Of a stretch of 64,000 nt of DNA, positions 24,901 through 36,760 are shown piece by piece. Source of the DNA: Chara braunii (Eukaryota > Plantae > Charophyceae). Where the stretch lies: assembly GCA_003427395.1 (NCBI GenBank), contig BFEA01000003.1:7661020-7725019 (forward strand), given 5' to 3'. Every line of letters starts with the position of its first letter. Position 1 is the first letter of the stretch. A program made the translations under genes and the position numbers. The notes under the pieces were generated by a model that was not told the origin of the DNA, did no database searches, and was given only the letters and a program-made list of their open reading frames with translations.

Positions 24901-26605
24901 CGTAGGCTTTCTCAAAATGAAAGAAGAGAATTGTTGATGTGATCTTCTTGTGGTGGACTCGTTGAGGGCCATTACATTGTCTAAGATGAGTCTGTCTGGG
25001 ATAACCCTGTTTGGTCGAGGTGGAAGCAACCACTTGTGATACGATTGATTTGGGAGGCAAGGAGTTTGGCTAGAATTTTGTAGGATACATTTAGTAGGGA
25101 AATGGGTTTATAGTTTGCAATGCCCTCTTTATTACCTTTTTTGTAAAGGAGGGTTACGACTCCTGTGCTTAACGTTGGACCGAGGGATTCTTTTTCCCTG
25201 GCTCTATTGAGGAAGTCTAGGTAGAGGGGCCCAAGTTTGTGCCAACTTGCCATCCAAAATTCTTTGGAAAGGCCATCCTTGCCTAGTGCCTTGTTGGGTT
25301 TTAGGTCCTCGAGGGCTTAGAGTAGCTCTTCAGTTGTGATGGGAGCTTCCAATATGCTTGCTGTTTTCGTTGATAATGTATCGTTAGAAATTTGGCTCTT
25401 GCTCTTAGTGAATCGTTTTGTCTTCCTGCTGGAATCTTACTAGTATAGAAGTCTTTGTAGCTATATTAACTAACTGGGTTGTTTTTGAGGTGGGGTTGCG
25501 GTCTTTGGTGATTAGACTTTCTATAGAGTTCGTGGAGTTAGATTTGATTTTTTGGAAGTAGAATTTAGTCATTTTTTCGTTTAGTTCCCAGTCGTTCATT
25601 CTGGCCCTAAGTTGTAGTCCCCTGAGTTTTAGTTTTGTCCATTCTGTTAGTTCTTCTTTAGCCTTGGAATATATTTCTACGTAGAACTCTGAGTTGGTGT
25701 CCCTTTGGAGGTTTAATTCGGCTATTTCTATTGCGTTTTGTAGTGCTTCTACTCTTTCCTTCCTTTGGGATGCTAGTTTTCTTGATGCTATAGATACGTC
25801 GTTGCTGATGTTCTTTAGGATTTCTGGGAATCTGATGTATATATCCTCGTGTGGTTCGATCTTTGTCTGGGTGCATAGTATGTTTTCTAGGTCAATCTGA
25901 AAGGTTTGGCTAGTTAGGAGAGCAGTGTTGAAGCGAAAGAAGCTTTTACCTGTGTAGCCCGTTTTTGTGAGCCTGCGGGAGAGTGTGATTGCTTTGTGGT
26001 CTAGGCCTTTGTAGTAGGGATTGTCATGTATTTTGCAATCTAGTATGACGCTTGAAAGGGATTGCGAGGTAAGGAAGAAGTCTATTCTTGTGAGAGAGGT
26101 TCTACCGTGGGAGGTGTTTTTGACACAGGTAAAGCGTTTTGTGTTTGGTGCTAGGAGGCTGTAAGGGTGTAATACGTTTTTCCTTGTGATGAAGTCTCCA
26201 AGGTCTATGCCGTTAGACTGTGGTAAGGGGTCTTGTGAGTTGAAAATTCTATCGAAGGAGGGATCTCGTACCGATTTCCAATCCCCCATTAAGATGGTGT
26301 GTGTGTGGGTAGAGATTAGATGTTCCAAGGAGAGGAGGAAGGGTTTTTTTTCTTGTATGGCGTTCGGACCATATATCCCTAGGATGGCTATGTCTTCCTC
26401 TTTGAGTTTGATATCTGCCTTGACCCACCTGCCCGTTGCATTGTCCTGGCTTGTGGCTTGATTTGTTATGCTATCACTTGAGGATGAATTCTGATGGAAA
26501 AGGATGAGTGTCCCTGCAGAGCCATTCGGGGCCGCACTAGCCCAGACTGTGAATTTAACAAAATGCAATTTCCTCTGGACTGCAAGTTGGATTCTTTTGT
26601 GTTCC

Positions 26606-26671
26606 TCGAACCAACATCCATAACACGAAGATCAGAATCACCATCAAGAAAAAAAGATATCATGATGTAGG
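26606..26671 (-). pseudogene. cox2: Mitochondrial cox2 exon fragment (NUMT)
   Basis: Minus strand C CTA CAT CAT GAT ATC... = (D)LHHDIFFFLMVILIFVLWMLVR once one missing T in the T-run is allowed for. Confidence 0.9.
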
Positions 26672-27116
26672 ATAGGGGTCAGTGCAAAATGCCTGCCCTC
26701 AGAACCACACGTTACAGTTTCCCGTCATGCAGCTCGCCCCCTAAAACCTTAGCCTTGTTTGTGGGCTCGGGAAGGGAAGTTGACAAACAGCTTCGCTTCG
26801 CACCTTCCGACTCTTAATTGTTCGGAATCAATTTCACATGTAGCTAGAGTATTGATTTCCTGACCTTGCACTGTGCTCAGCAGACGCTTCGCGTCTGATC
26901 TGATGCCAGATAAGAGAATCGCAGATATCTGGAAAAAGGCTAGAGGTGTGTCTTGTCTAAGCTGAGCACGCTGAGCACTTCGTGCCTTCTACGACCTTAG
27001 TGAGCAATAAAACAAAATCATCTGCTGCCGTAAAATTTTTGTTCTGTCGAAGAACGACCTTGCTTTCGCATTTGTTTGTTTCTTGGAGATCCGCCAGCTC
27101 TGCGCCTCTTTCTTAT
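26672..27116 (-). other. 3' part of a mitochondrial group II intron (cox2i104 position), NUMT
   Basis: Domain V gagctgcatgacgggaaactgtaacgtgtggttc (~26702-26735) and domain VI ending acccctAT directly before the cox2 exon, splitting an Asp codon GA|C. Confidence 0.85.
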
Positions 27117-27399
27117 TAGGTGAGTTTGTTGTAGGCATGTTATGTCTGTGGGGTTTTGTCCAAACCAATTGATGGTTTCTGTCAGATGTCTCCATTTGAT
27201 TGGGTTGTCGGGAACCGAGGCCGGTCCATTGATGTTCCATGACGTGATGGATAGTTCTGGTTGTTTCCTAATTTCCTTTTGGATATCGACTTTTGTGGTG
27301 GGTTTGAGTCTCTTCGGACCGCGTCCAGCCCCCTCCATCTGGGAACCATCTGGTGAGACTTCCATTGGTCAGAGGGATGGTTGTCCTCAATTAGGGGCT

Positions 27400-30240
27400 G
27401 GTCATGTGATTAGGAGGTAGCGTAAGTTGTTCTCCTCTCTTCCCTCTTCTCCCTTTTCATCTTTGCCCTCTCCAACGGTTCCGCTTCGCTTCTGCCCAAC
27501 CATTCTTGTCTGATGAAGGCAGCCATGCTGTATGCAATTATGCCCACCTCGTCCTTGTGTCCCAAAAGATGGTATGGGATTTCGCAGATCAGTTCTCAAG
27601 GTTTCCACTGTAGGTCGTCCCTCAGGATAGTCTGCTGATCGTAGACTATCATGATTGGGCTCAAGTCTCTGCAGTGTGATGTTTCATTGTCATCTTCCCA
27701 TACAACATCCAGGCTCTTGTCTTGCCAGGACTTATGAATGAGCAGAGGATGCTGGTCTGAGATGTTAGCTCTGATGAACTGAGGTATCTTCTCGGTTGTT
27801 TGTATTGTGACCATGGTCAAAGAAGTTTGGACTGCAATCTGCCATTCATCTTTTTTTGTGTTGAATCGGAAGGGCATGATTGGAGTGGCGGGGGTGAGAG
27901 AGATGGTATCAATCTTGGTTGTTGCAGTCAGATATGATGGGCTTTCATCTGCAATTTTGTTCAAGGAGCGGGAGACTTTTCCTAATTCCTGGTTTTGTTC
28001 TTCTAGGTGTCTTGTTTGCCTCTCAAGGATCGCAATCTGTCTCCTCTTCTCCTTTTTCTAATTGTTGGTTTGGCTGATCAGATCTTTGGCCAATGCTTTC
28101 ATTCTCTCTTCCTCTGTTTCTTGTTCTCCTTGTCCTTTTGTCCCCGTGGTGGTTTCTTTCTCATGTTGTACCTTTTCTTTGTCTTCACATAGGTAAGAGA
28201 TTGGCCATTCAGCTAACTTTGTATCGTAGATGCTCCCAATGGTTGTCGTCCCTTCTTCATTCTTGTCTACGTATTGTAGCGCAAGGAATTCTGAGAAGGT
28301 GTTTTTGCTTTGCAGTGCTTCATAGGGATTTGGAGAGGTTGAAAAACCGGTCAGATTGTCTGAGCTTGCCGACCTTTGGAGGTTGCTGATGTGTTTGGCG
28401 TATGCCAGTCGGATTTCCATGTCCAGCTCCCGACACGATTTCAACGAGTTGATGTACTCGTCAAGCCACGCCAAAGAGTTGGAGGAGTCATCTTCCATTG
28501 TTGTGTCTCGGCTGTCCTCTACTGTCCTAGTGGGTAGAGAGGTGTGAAGTTGCATACTGCTGGTCTTATCGTCTGATGATCCTTCCCCTTCCCTGAACTT
28601 TTTCATGATCGGTGATTTGTCTGATCCTTCGATTTCTTCTTCGTCTGCTCCGAGTTTTCATTTCGATTGGCCTGAGTTACCTTTGTTGGATCTGTCATTG
28701 TTCTCTATTTCCAAAGCCCCTGTGTGCTGAATCTCGAGGTATGTTCTTTCTGCCTCTCTTCCGATGTTATGGTCTTCACTGAGAATCTGGTTTTTGTACA
28801 TTGTCTGTTCGAGGTGAACAGCGTTCCCCAATGTGAAGTTATTGTACCTGTGTGTTGTCTTGCCGTTCCTTTTCCCCCCACCTGCTTGCCATCTGCTTCC
28901 ATATGGAGGGAACACATCCGGTTTGCATGTTGGTTCGGCTTCTGACAGGGTCCATATCTACGTTGGGGGTTCTTTGAGGTCGTCAAAGATCTAGCCTGCG
29001 TATGCTGGATCGTTGATGATCCAGATGCCCTTCAATGCTTTGGCTTCCACGAGCATAGAAGGTTGCAGTCTTTTCCCGTCCCCTTTTCTGTTGTTCAGGG
29101 GGTAGAGGGGATCATTCCCCATGTGTCCTTTGATTCTACATCTGAAGCACATGGGATTTGCTTTCGTAGAGATGCACACAATTTGGATTTGGTGGCCCAT
29201 TTTGAAGAACCATTTGTCTGGGAGCTCAGGTGGGTTTCTTGCTTTGAGCTCGACGCATGCGATCCTCGAATTGATACTTGGAGTTAGAAAACCGGGGGTA
29301 GAGGAAACCCCCTCGACCAAAGGGTATTGGGGGTATGTCACTTTCAGTCTTTCCTCTACCATGTCGTGCGCGCCGTCTGACAGATTGTCGAATTGAATCC
29401 AAAAGTGTTTGATCATCAGTGATTGCCTGTGCCTTGCTGACCCCTGCAGCGCAGATCTGTTGGGTCTCCATTTAGAGATTGACACCACCGATCCCTGGCA
29501 GTAGAGGGCTTGAGTTGACAACAGAAATGCGGCATAGTCTGGGTCTGCACACAAGCGGTTAACGGGTAGCTGAAAATTCAGGAATGAAAATTCTGAAGTG
29601 AGAGTTTTGGGCAGTCTGAAAATCCCGAATGGTCCTTAGGCAGGCCGCATACTGAAGTGGTGAAGGGTGTCCTGAAGTGGTGAAGGGTGTCTTGAAGTGG
29701 TGATGAAAAATACGATTGTTGTTAACGTTCTCTCGGTCTGCACAGAGCAGAACAACTGCAATCCTTCCTCTCTGTTGGTACGCCACTTTGGGTTCGAAAT
29801 TTCTCAAGCTTTCAATGTTCTGTAGGGCTTCCCGGACTCTTTTCCTTTTTCCGTGGGCGGGAGATGCTTCAGTTTTGCAGGAAGGAACAAACATAAAATT
29901 TGTGGGTTTCATAAAATTCGTCTAGTACTGGGAGATGTTCTTTTGGGTATTCCTTGACTTCGACTTCCGCCTCCTCTTCTTTGCCAATTTTCACGATTTC
30001 TCTGGCGAGCACCGGTTTGATTCTTGTCTCTCTGATCATCTTATTGAGAACCTCCTGGCTCGGGTTCTGTTCGCTTTGAAAGCGAGATGTCCTTGAGCCT
30101 GCGCTCGAATCAGAGGTTGAGGTTGAGCCTGAGGCTGAGCTTGAGGCGGGGCCAGAGCCTGAGCCAGAAGCTGAGCTTGAGTAGTGCCTGTACCCATGGG
30201 GCCGGTTGGCACCGAGGATGGAACATGGGAGATCGGCATG
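27400..30240 (-). pseudogene. LINE ORF1 (nucleic-acid chaperone with zinc knuckle)
   Basis: ISKWRP...FWIQFDNLS pattern and CFRCRIKGH knuckle at 28991-29554; fragmented minus-strand ORFs directly upstream of ORF2. Confidence 0.78.
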
Positions 30241-31660
30241 GTGGGGTATGATTGGTTTGCGGGCTGGTGGAGGGACTAGGATTGGAGGAGTGGTTTTGTA
30301 AAAGAGATCGAGGTTAACTTAGTGGTTGTGCTTCACCTCCTGGGACACGTGGACAATAGATCAGAAAAAGCGGTGGCGAAATGGCAAAGTTTCTCCACCT
30401 CTACTGCAGGGCGTGCAATGTAGTTTGAAACGTGGCATTCAATTTGGGAGAGCTTCGCTTCCCTGTCTGGGGATCGTAAAAAAAATTCCAGTATCGCCAA
30501 AAAATGAGCAGAGCTTCACCTCCCCACCTGGGGATCGTGAGATAAGAACCGGTGGGGTATCAAATGTCGAAAAGGACAGAGATTCACTTTTCCTTTAGGA
30601 GATCATAAGTCTGGAGTGTAATGAGAACGTGACATTCAATTTGGGAGAGCTTTGCTTTGCAAAACCCGCAGTGCTTTTCCTCTAGGAGATNNNNNNNNNN
30701 NNNNNNNNNNNNNNNNNNNNNNNNNNNNNNNNNNNNNNNNNNNNNNNNNNNNNNNNNNNNNNNNNNNNNNNNNNNNNNNNNNNNNNNNNNNNNNNNNNNN
30801 NNNNNNNNNNNNNNNNNNNNNNNNNNNNNNNNNNNNNNNNNNNNNNNNNNNNNNNNNNNNNNNNNNNNNNNNNNNNNNNNNNNNNNNNNNNNNNNNNNNN
30901 NNNNNNNNNNNNNNNNNNNNNNNNNNNNNNNNNNNNNNNNNNNNNNNNNNNNNNNNNNNNNNNNNNNNNNNNNNNNNNNNNNNNNNNNNNNNNNNNNNNN
31001 NNNNNNNNNNNNNNNNNNNNNNNNNNNNNNNNNNNNNNNNNNNNNNNNNNNNNNNNNNNNNNNNNNNNNNNNNNNNNNNNNNNNNNNNNNNNNNNNNNNN
31101 NNNNNNNNNNNNNNNNNNNNNNNNNNNNNNNNNNNNNNNNNNNNNNNNNNNNNNNNNNNNNNNNNNNNNNNNNNNNNNNNNNNNNNNNNNNNNNNNNNNN
31201 NNNNNNNNNNNNNNNNNNNNNNNNNNNNNNNNNNNNNNNNNNNNNNNNNNNNNNNNNNNNNNNNNNNNNNNNNNNNNNNNNNNNNNNNNNNNNNNNNNNN
31301 NNNNNNNNNNNNNNNNNNNNNNNNNNNNNNNNNNNNNNNNNNNNNNNNNNNNNNNNNNNNNNNNNNNNNNNNNNNNNNNNNNNNNNNNNNNNNNNNNNNN
31401 NNNNNNNNNNNNNNNNNNNNNNNNNNNNNNNNNNNNNNNNNNNNNNNNNNNNNNNNNNNNNNNNNNNNNNNNNNNNNNNNNNNNNNNNNNNNNNNNNNNN
31501 NNNNNNNNNNNNNNNNNNNNNNNNNNNNNNNNNNNNNNNNNNNNNNNNNNNNNNNNNNNNNNNNNNNNNNNNNNNNNNNNNNNNNNNNNNNNNNNNNNNN
31601 NNNNNNNNNNNNNNNNNNNNNNNNNNNNNNNNNNNNNNNNNNNNNNNNNNNNNNNNNNNN

Positions 31661-31723
<63 letters not shown>
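31661..31723. repeat. Poly-G run adjacent to a gap
   Basis: Direct reading; may be a sequencing or assembly artefact. Confidence 0.7.
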
Positions 31724-31724
<1 letters not shown>

Positions 31725-32940
31725 GTGAGTTGACTGCTGAGTTCGATTGGGCTGGGGATCGGATTGGGCGATCGGGTGGGAGCGGGGTTAGACGAGAGTT
31801 CCGGATCTAGGGCGGTGTTGGGGGTTGTTTGTGCTAGGAGTGGGGTGGTGAAGACTAGGGAGCCACTGGGCGTGGGGTAGGAGGTTGGAAGTGGATCGGG
31901 GATGTGTGGAGATAGGGTAGAAGGGTGGGGGGGTGGATGTCGCCTTGGTGTTTAAACTTAACGCGATTCGTGCTAGGCTTTAGTGGCCAACAAAATTCTA
32001 ACGTTTATGATAGCTCGATGTCTAGTGTTTCCATCTGCTTGAAAGCTCGCCCTTTTTTCGTCCTTGTTTTGTCCGCTGGTTGTCGTCTGTGTTCGCCGGT
32101 TATAGGGTGAAGAGTGGTCTGAGAAGCTTACCTTTATTTTCTGGAGGGGGGTTGATCACACCTTGTAAGTCGATATGAATGCAATCTTGGTTGTATGTTG
32201 TTCTTGTATTTCTCGCTTGCGTTGAACTATCCTTGTTGTCCTTGTCTTCGCCTCCCTCTTCCTTTTTGGTAGTTGTGTTTGACTCTCTTCTCCTGATTTG
32301 CGCCTTACTCCTGTCTTTTCCCCAACATAGTAATCCTCTTCCTCTTTCCCCTTCTTCCCGAAACGATCTTTACCCCTCTCGTATTTTCTCTTGTATTTCT
32401 CTTCTCCCTGTCCGGAACTGGGCCGTCCCGCCCGTGGGCGTGACACCTTGTGACGTTGTTTCTCTCCCCTTAATTCTTTGTCGTTCTCGGCGGCAGTGAG
32501 TTCTCTCCAACGCTTACTGTAGCTCGTGTTTGTTGTCTGTCCTTTTCCGACTTTGAGCGATCTTCTGTCTTGTCCGAGTTGAGATGAATGCGGCCTTTCT
32601 TCTCGTAGCATGAACTTCTCCTACTTCTCCTCTCCTTTCCGCTTACTGACTCTTCCCCTCTCTCCCTCCCCTCCTCTCATTAGCCACTCGTGCTCTTGCC
32701 TTGCTCTTGGAGGCTACGCCCTGAGGCGTGGCGTGGTATGACTATGAAGTTCCCGATACTTTCGACCGCTCGTTCTCTACGACATCGAAGCAATGAATCA
32801 CGCGCGTGTTCGCGCGCGGCACAGGGGTTCCGCGGCGCGCGAAAAAGTTACCGCGGCGCTGGTCTGTGAATTAGCGCTGGTGCGTTGCGTTAGCGCTAAC
32901 CGGTTCGGCGCTGGCATCATGTAAAACCTATCATTTGCCT

Positions 32941-33454
32941 CTAGAGTTCACAACCTTTTGATTTGCTGAGGAAGGACAATCCCATTACGAATCTGGGCAT
33001 TCTTCCTGTGTCGACACAGAAACTGACGAAGACGGACGTAAAGTGTTCACCTCGTCGTTTACCGAAGGCGAATGAAGCGGCGGAGGATGGAGCAAAAACA
33101 GCAATTATGGGGACAGGATCTGCTTGTAATGAACGGCTATTCGGTAGGGGCATACTAAATACTTGGAACCAGTAGCGGTAGGGGCATATCAAACATATTT
33201 CAAGCCCAACTGACACCAGGGGTTTCTCAGAAACTTGAGTCGTCTAAGAAAGAGGCGCAGAGCTGACGGATCTCCAAGAAACAAACAAATGCGAAGGCAA
33301 GGCCTTCGTTCGGCAGAACAGAAATTTTACGTCAGCAGATGATTTTGTTCTATTGCTCACTAAGGCCGTAGAAGGCACGAAGTGCTCAGCCTAGACAAGA
33401 CACACCTCTAGCCTTTTTCCAGATATCTGCGATTCTCTTATCTGGCATCAGATC
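32941..33454 (+). other. Second probable NUMT of the same mitochondrial intron
   Basis: 33245-33454 is a slightly diverged reverse complement of ~26897-27116; the extension to 32941 is inferred only. Confidence 0.65.
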
Positions 33455-34357
33455 TACAGAAGGGCGCGACAGGGTGAGTCAGCCGTCAGAGGGGCGCAAC
33501 GCAAATCAATTGAACTTTGAGGGGTATAACACAAATTTGAAATTTCCCTTAAAAAAAAGAAAAAACTTCAACCAAGAAGCTCAGGACAATGAAAAGCATT
33601 GTGCCCCTCTTCATTGTTGATGATGATTGGTGGGTATGCACTGTCGCATTCTTTGATTGTTGGGGTCGTGGGGCGGTGGGCGGGTGGGGTTGCTTTTTAA
33701 TGTGTTGCAGGTTGATCCGGACCCCTACTTACTGGGGACGTTTTACGGCAAGAATGTGCAGGCGAAGTACTTGGAGAAGTAAGTATTTTGTTTCGCCTTT
33801 GTTGAAGTTTGTTCTGTTCCCCCCTTCCCTCCCCCTCTGAGAAAATACTACTTTATACTAAGTTATAGAAGTTTATTCAAGGCCTGGTGCCCAAGGCAAA
33901 TACGACAGTCGCAGCACGAAAACAAGCCGAAAACCCCAGGGGTTGCAAGGCTCACGCCCTCAGTCCCAGGGTTGTTTATTATTTCGCAAATTTGACTCAA
34001 ACTCTCAGAGTCAGTGCTAGTTCGGTTTTTGGACTTCGTTTTTCCTTTTTTCCTTTTCCCGGACTCTGCAAATTTGAGTCCAAGTAGAGCAATCAGCTCT
34101 CGCGGTTTATGTAGCTCTGTCCCCTGCTCTATTGCTGAATTTGGCATCTGTGCCCAGCTAGAAGCTATCGTCTTCGCCCCAACATAATGAACCCTCAGCA
34201 TGACTGTATCGGGCCAGAAAAATGGTGTATACAGTGATGATGACGCAAGGGACAGAGCTACACACAGGGCCAAACAAAGCTCGGCCTTGGACTCGGGTGA
34301 AGTCCTAAAACCGGCCTAATGAACATAAAAAATGACATTCACAGTTACTGTGGTAAA

Positions 34358-34770
34358 ATATAACTGGGTAGAATTTGTTAACTGCTGTGCACACTGTAAG
34401 TGCCAATCCACCTTAACCCTGGTTGCGGTCGAGCATCAACAATGGCCCCACAACTGACACCTTCCTGGTGGGTGGGGACCACCAAGCACTCCCTCAAGGG
34501 TGCGGTACCCACATAACTGGGAAGAATTGGGTAACTGCTGTGCACACTGCAAGTGCCAATCCACCTTAACCCCGGTCGCGATCGAGCATCAACGATGACC
34601 CCACAACTGATGCCTTCCTGGTGGGCGGGGACCGCCAACCACTGCCCTCACGGGTACAGTACCTATGATGAAAATCAAAGCAGTTTATCACTCACCGACA
34701 CCAGATGGACCTATGATGAAAATCAAAGCAGTCCATCACTCACCGACACCAGATGGAAGACTCTGCAGAC
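34358..34770. repeat. Dispersed repeat family C with ~153-bp and ~47-bp tandem duplications
   Basis: ataactggg...aagtgccaatccaccttaaccc occurs twice; a diverged inverted copy is at ~45077-45237. Confidence 0.8.
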
Positions 34771-35351
34771 CAAAATGAAGGAAGAACGATCAACACAAAA
34801 GACCATGCATTCAGTATAGCGCCCATGGCCTCAAAGTGGACGTATAGTGTCCGGGTGTGGAGGGTGCCTGCAGTCAGGAACACAGGGACAGTCCTCTACA
34901 CACATGGATGCAGAAAACATGTCATGGTAGTGATTGTGACACGGACGATGGTGTCTACAGCGGAGTCTAACAGTGTTTGTAGCTGTGCAAAGGAGAAGGT
35001 CGCAGAGTTTAACAGTGTTTGTAGCTGTGCAAAGGAGATGGTCGCATGGTATAACTGTGTTTGTAGCTGTGCAAAGGAGAATGCTGCAGCAGGACAATGT
35101 ACCAACACTCTGTGACCTTCTCCTTTGCACAACTACAAACACTGTTACACTCAGCTGTAGCCGCCATCGTCTGTGTCACAATCACTACAACGACATGGTT
35201 TCTGCATCCATGTGTGTAGAGGACTGTCCCTCCGTTCCTGACTGCAGGCACCCTCCACGTCCGGACACTATATATCTATTTTGAGGCCATAGGTGCTATA
35301 CTGAATGCATGGTCTTTTGTGGCGAGCGTTCTTCCTTCATTTTGGCCTGCA
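34762..35351. repeat. Long inverted repeat (foldback), ~245-bp arms
   Basis: 34762-35009 is the reverse complement of 35107-35351 (about 20 mismatches over the inner ~208 bp by manual count); the loop holds further copies of gtgtttgtagctgtgcaaaggaga. Confidence 0.93.
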
Positions 35352-35830
35352 ATCGACATGCCATTCATTTCTAGGGGGTGTATGGTGGGCATGCTCAATG
35401 CCAGCTGTCGTGGCAATTGTTGTACTGAGAATGCTGAAAAAAAATGAAAAAAAAAAAAAAAAAAAAAAAGAGCTAGGGCTTCCACATGTCCATCCACTAA
35501 TCCTCACAATGTATGCCCTCTGTCGTCAAGGACAGACTCATTCTTGAGCCTTTTCTTATCCTCTCCTTTGCCCTCACTCCGTACTTTCCCTTACTTACCC
35601 TTTCTCGTTCTTTCTTTCTCTTCTCTCCATCACTCTTCCCATTGTTTATCCCCTCCCCCCTTACTTCGCCTCTTTCTCACAGCCTACAAGTGGGCCGTTA
35701 TGGCACACAGGGATGGGGGCAGATCGCCTCAACTTCATCAGCGTGGCGAGCCTTGTACGTGAGATGCACGGTGAAGGGGGAGTTGGAAAAAGAATGAGAA
35801 AAATGAATGGTTTCAGTTTGCCCTCATGTT

Positions 35831-35890
<60 letters not shown>

Positions 35891-36116
35891 GTTTGTTTCG
35901 CCAAGTGCGCTCTATATGTACATATGGTTCTTCTCACACTGCACCCCTTTTTTTCTCATCTGTGACCTGTCTAACACACACACACACNGTGTACCACTGT
36001 AATTATGACCCACAGGCGCTAGCCTATCATCAGTAGATGTACGGCCACCATCCACTCTTCTACCTATAGACATCCCCCTAGACCCTACATGATTTCCATT
36101 TCATCATAGCATTGTA

Positions 36117-36268
36117 CAGGGACGCTGGACCCGATTTCCAGCAGGTGCTGCTCCGCACCAATAGATGGAGCCTTCGCTGCAGGGGTCGCTTGATGAGGAT
36201 GCTCTTATCACCTTGCAAGTGGACTTCCTGCCCTTGAAGTTTGCAAAAAAAAAAAAAAAAAAAAAAAG
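36117..36268 (+). mobile_element. Family B SINE-like copy with poly(A)
   Basis: Similar to 18430-18600; A-run at 36246-36268. Confidence 0.7.
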
Positions 36269-36685
36269 ATCCCTCTCTAGTCACGTTATTGTGGGTGTGC
36301 TGTTTTGTACTGGGCATTGTTGGTTGCTATGATTGTGACCAACGGGTTCTAGCTTATTATCAAAAGATGTGCGGACAACCCCTACTGCAAGATCCCCCCT
36401 AGAGTCCTCATCCAGAGCAGCAACCGGTCTCAGTCATCGGTATGTACTAGGCCACCATCCGTTCCTCTTACCTCTATCATCGAGCGGGCTTATCCCGGTG
36501 TTAGCCCCCAGGGAGGCTGTACTTCAGGGCGTTCTTACCTAATCCCCCCACTAACGGGACACCCCTATCCATCCCACCTGCAGCCCTCCCCGCCCAAAGC
36601 AGAGCCGTAAGGTAACCATGTTGCATGATCTACCCCTCCACGATCCCTTTGCCCGCATCCCAGTCACCTCTGTACAAGTGTAATA

Positions 36686-36760
36686 TGCCCGGCCCAATCA
36701 GATTCGAACCCTGGCCCTCTTCCATACAGCAAAGAGCCCAACCCCCCTGAGCTACACTAA
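36686..36760 (-). mobile_element. tRNA-derived SINE head / tRNA-like pseudogene
   Basis: Minus strand: A-box-like TAGCTCAGGGGG, stem ctctt/aagag, B box GGTTCGAATC; no proper acceptor stem. Confidence 0.7.

Larger units (their letters stand above)
22447..27365 (-). pseudogene. LINE ORF2: APE endonuclease, reverse transcriptase, zinc finger
   Basis: SWNING, DITCLQQTH, GIYGPN, MGDW, RIDFF, DHKAI; NYKPISLLNVSYKILAK, FEKAYD, VRQGDPL, LFADD, RFLGI; ETLNHCFLDC. Multiple frameshifts. Confidence 0.95.
21438..30690 (-). mobile_element. Near full-length degenerate L1/Tx1-like LINE
   Basis: ORF1 (zinc knuckle) then ORF2 (APE endonuclease, RT, CCHC) on the minus strand. T/TAT tract at ~21438-21474 is the likely tail. 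The 5' end runs into a gap. Confidence 0.9.

Noticed and set aside
30652-31733. ORFs spanning N gaps (also 1102-1809 and 59625-60510)
   Set aside because: Composed of X residues; assembly gaps.
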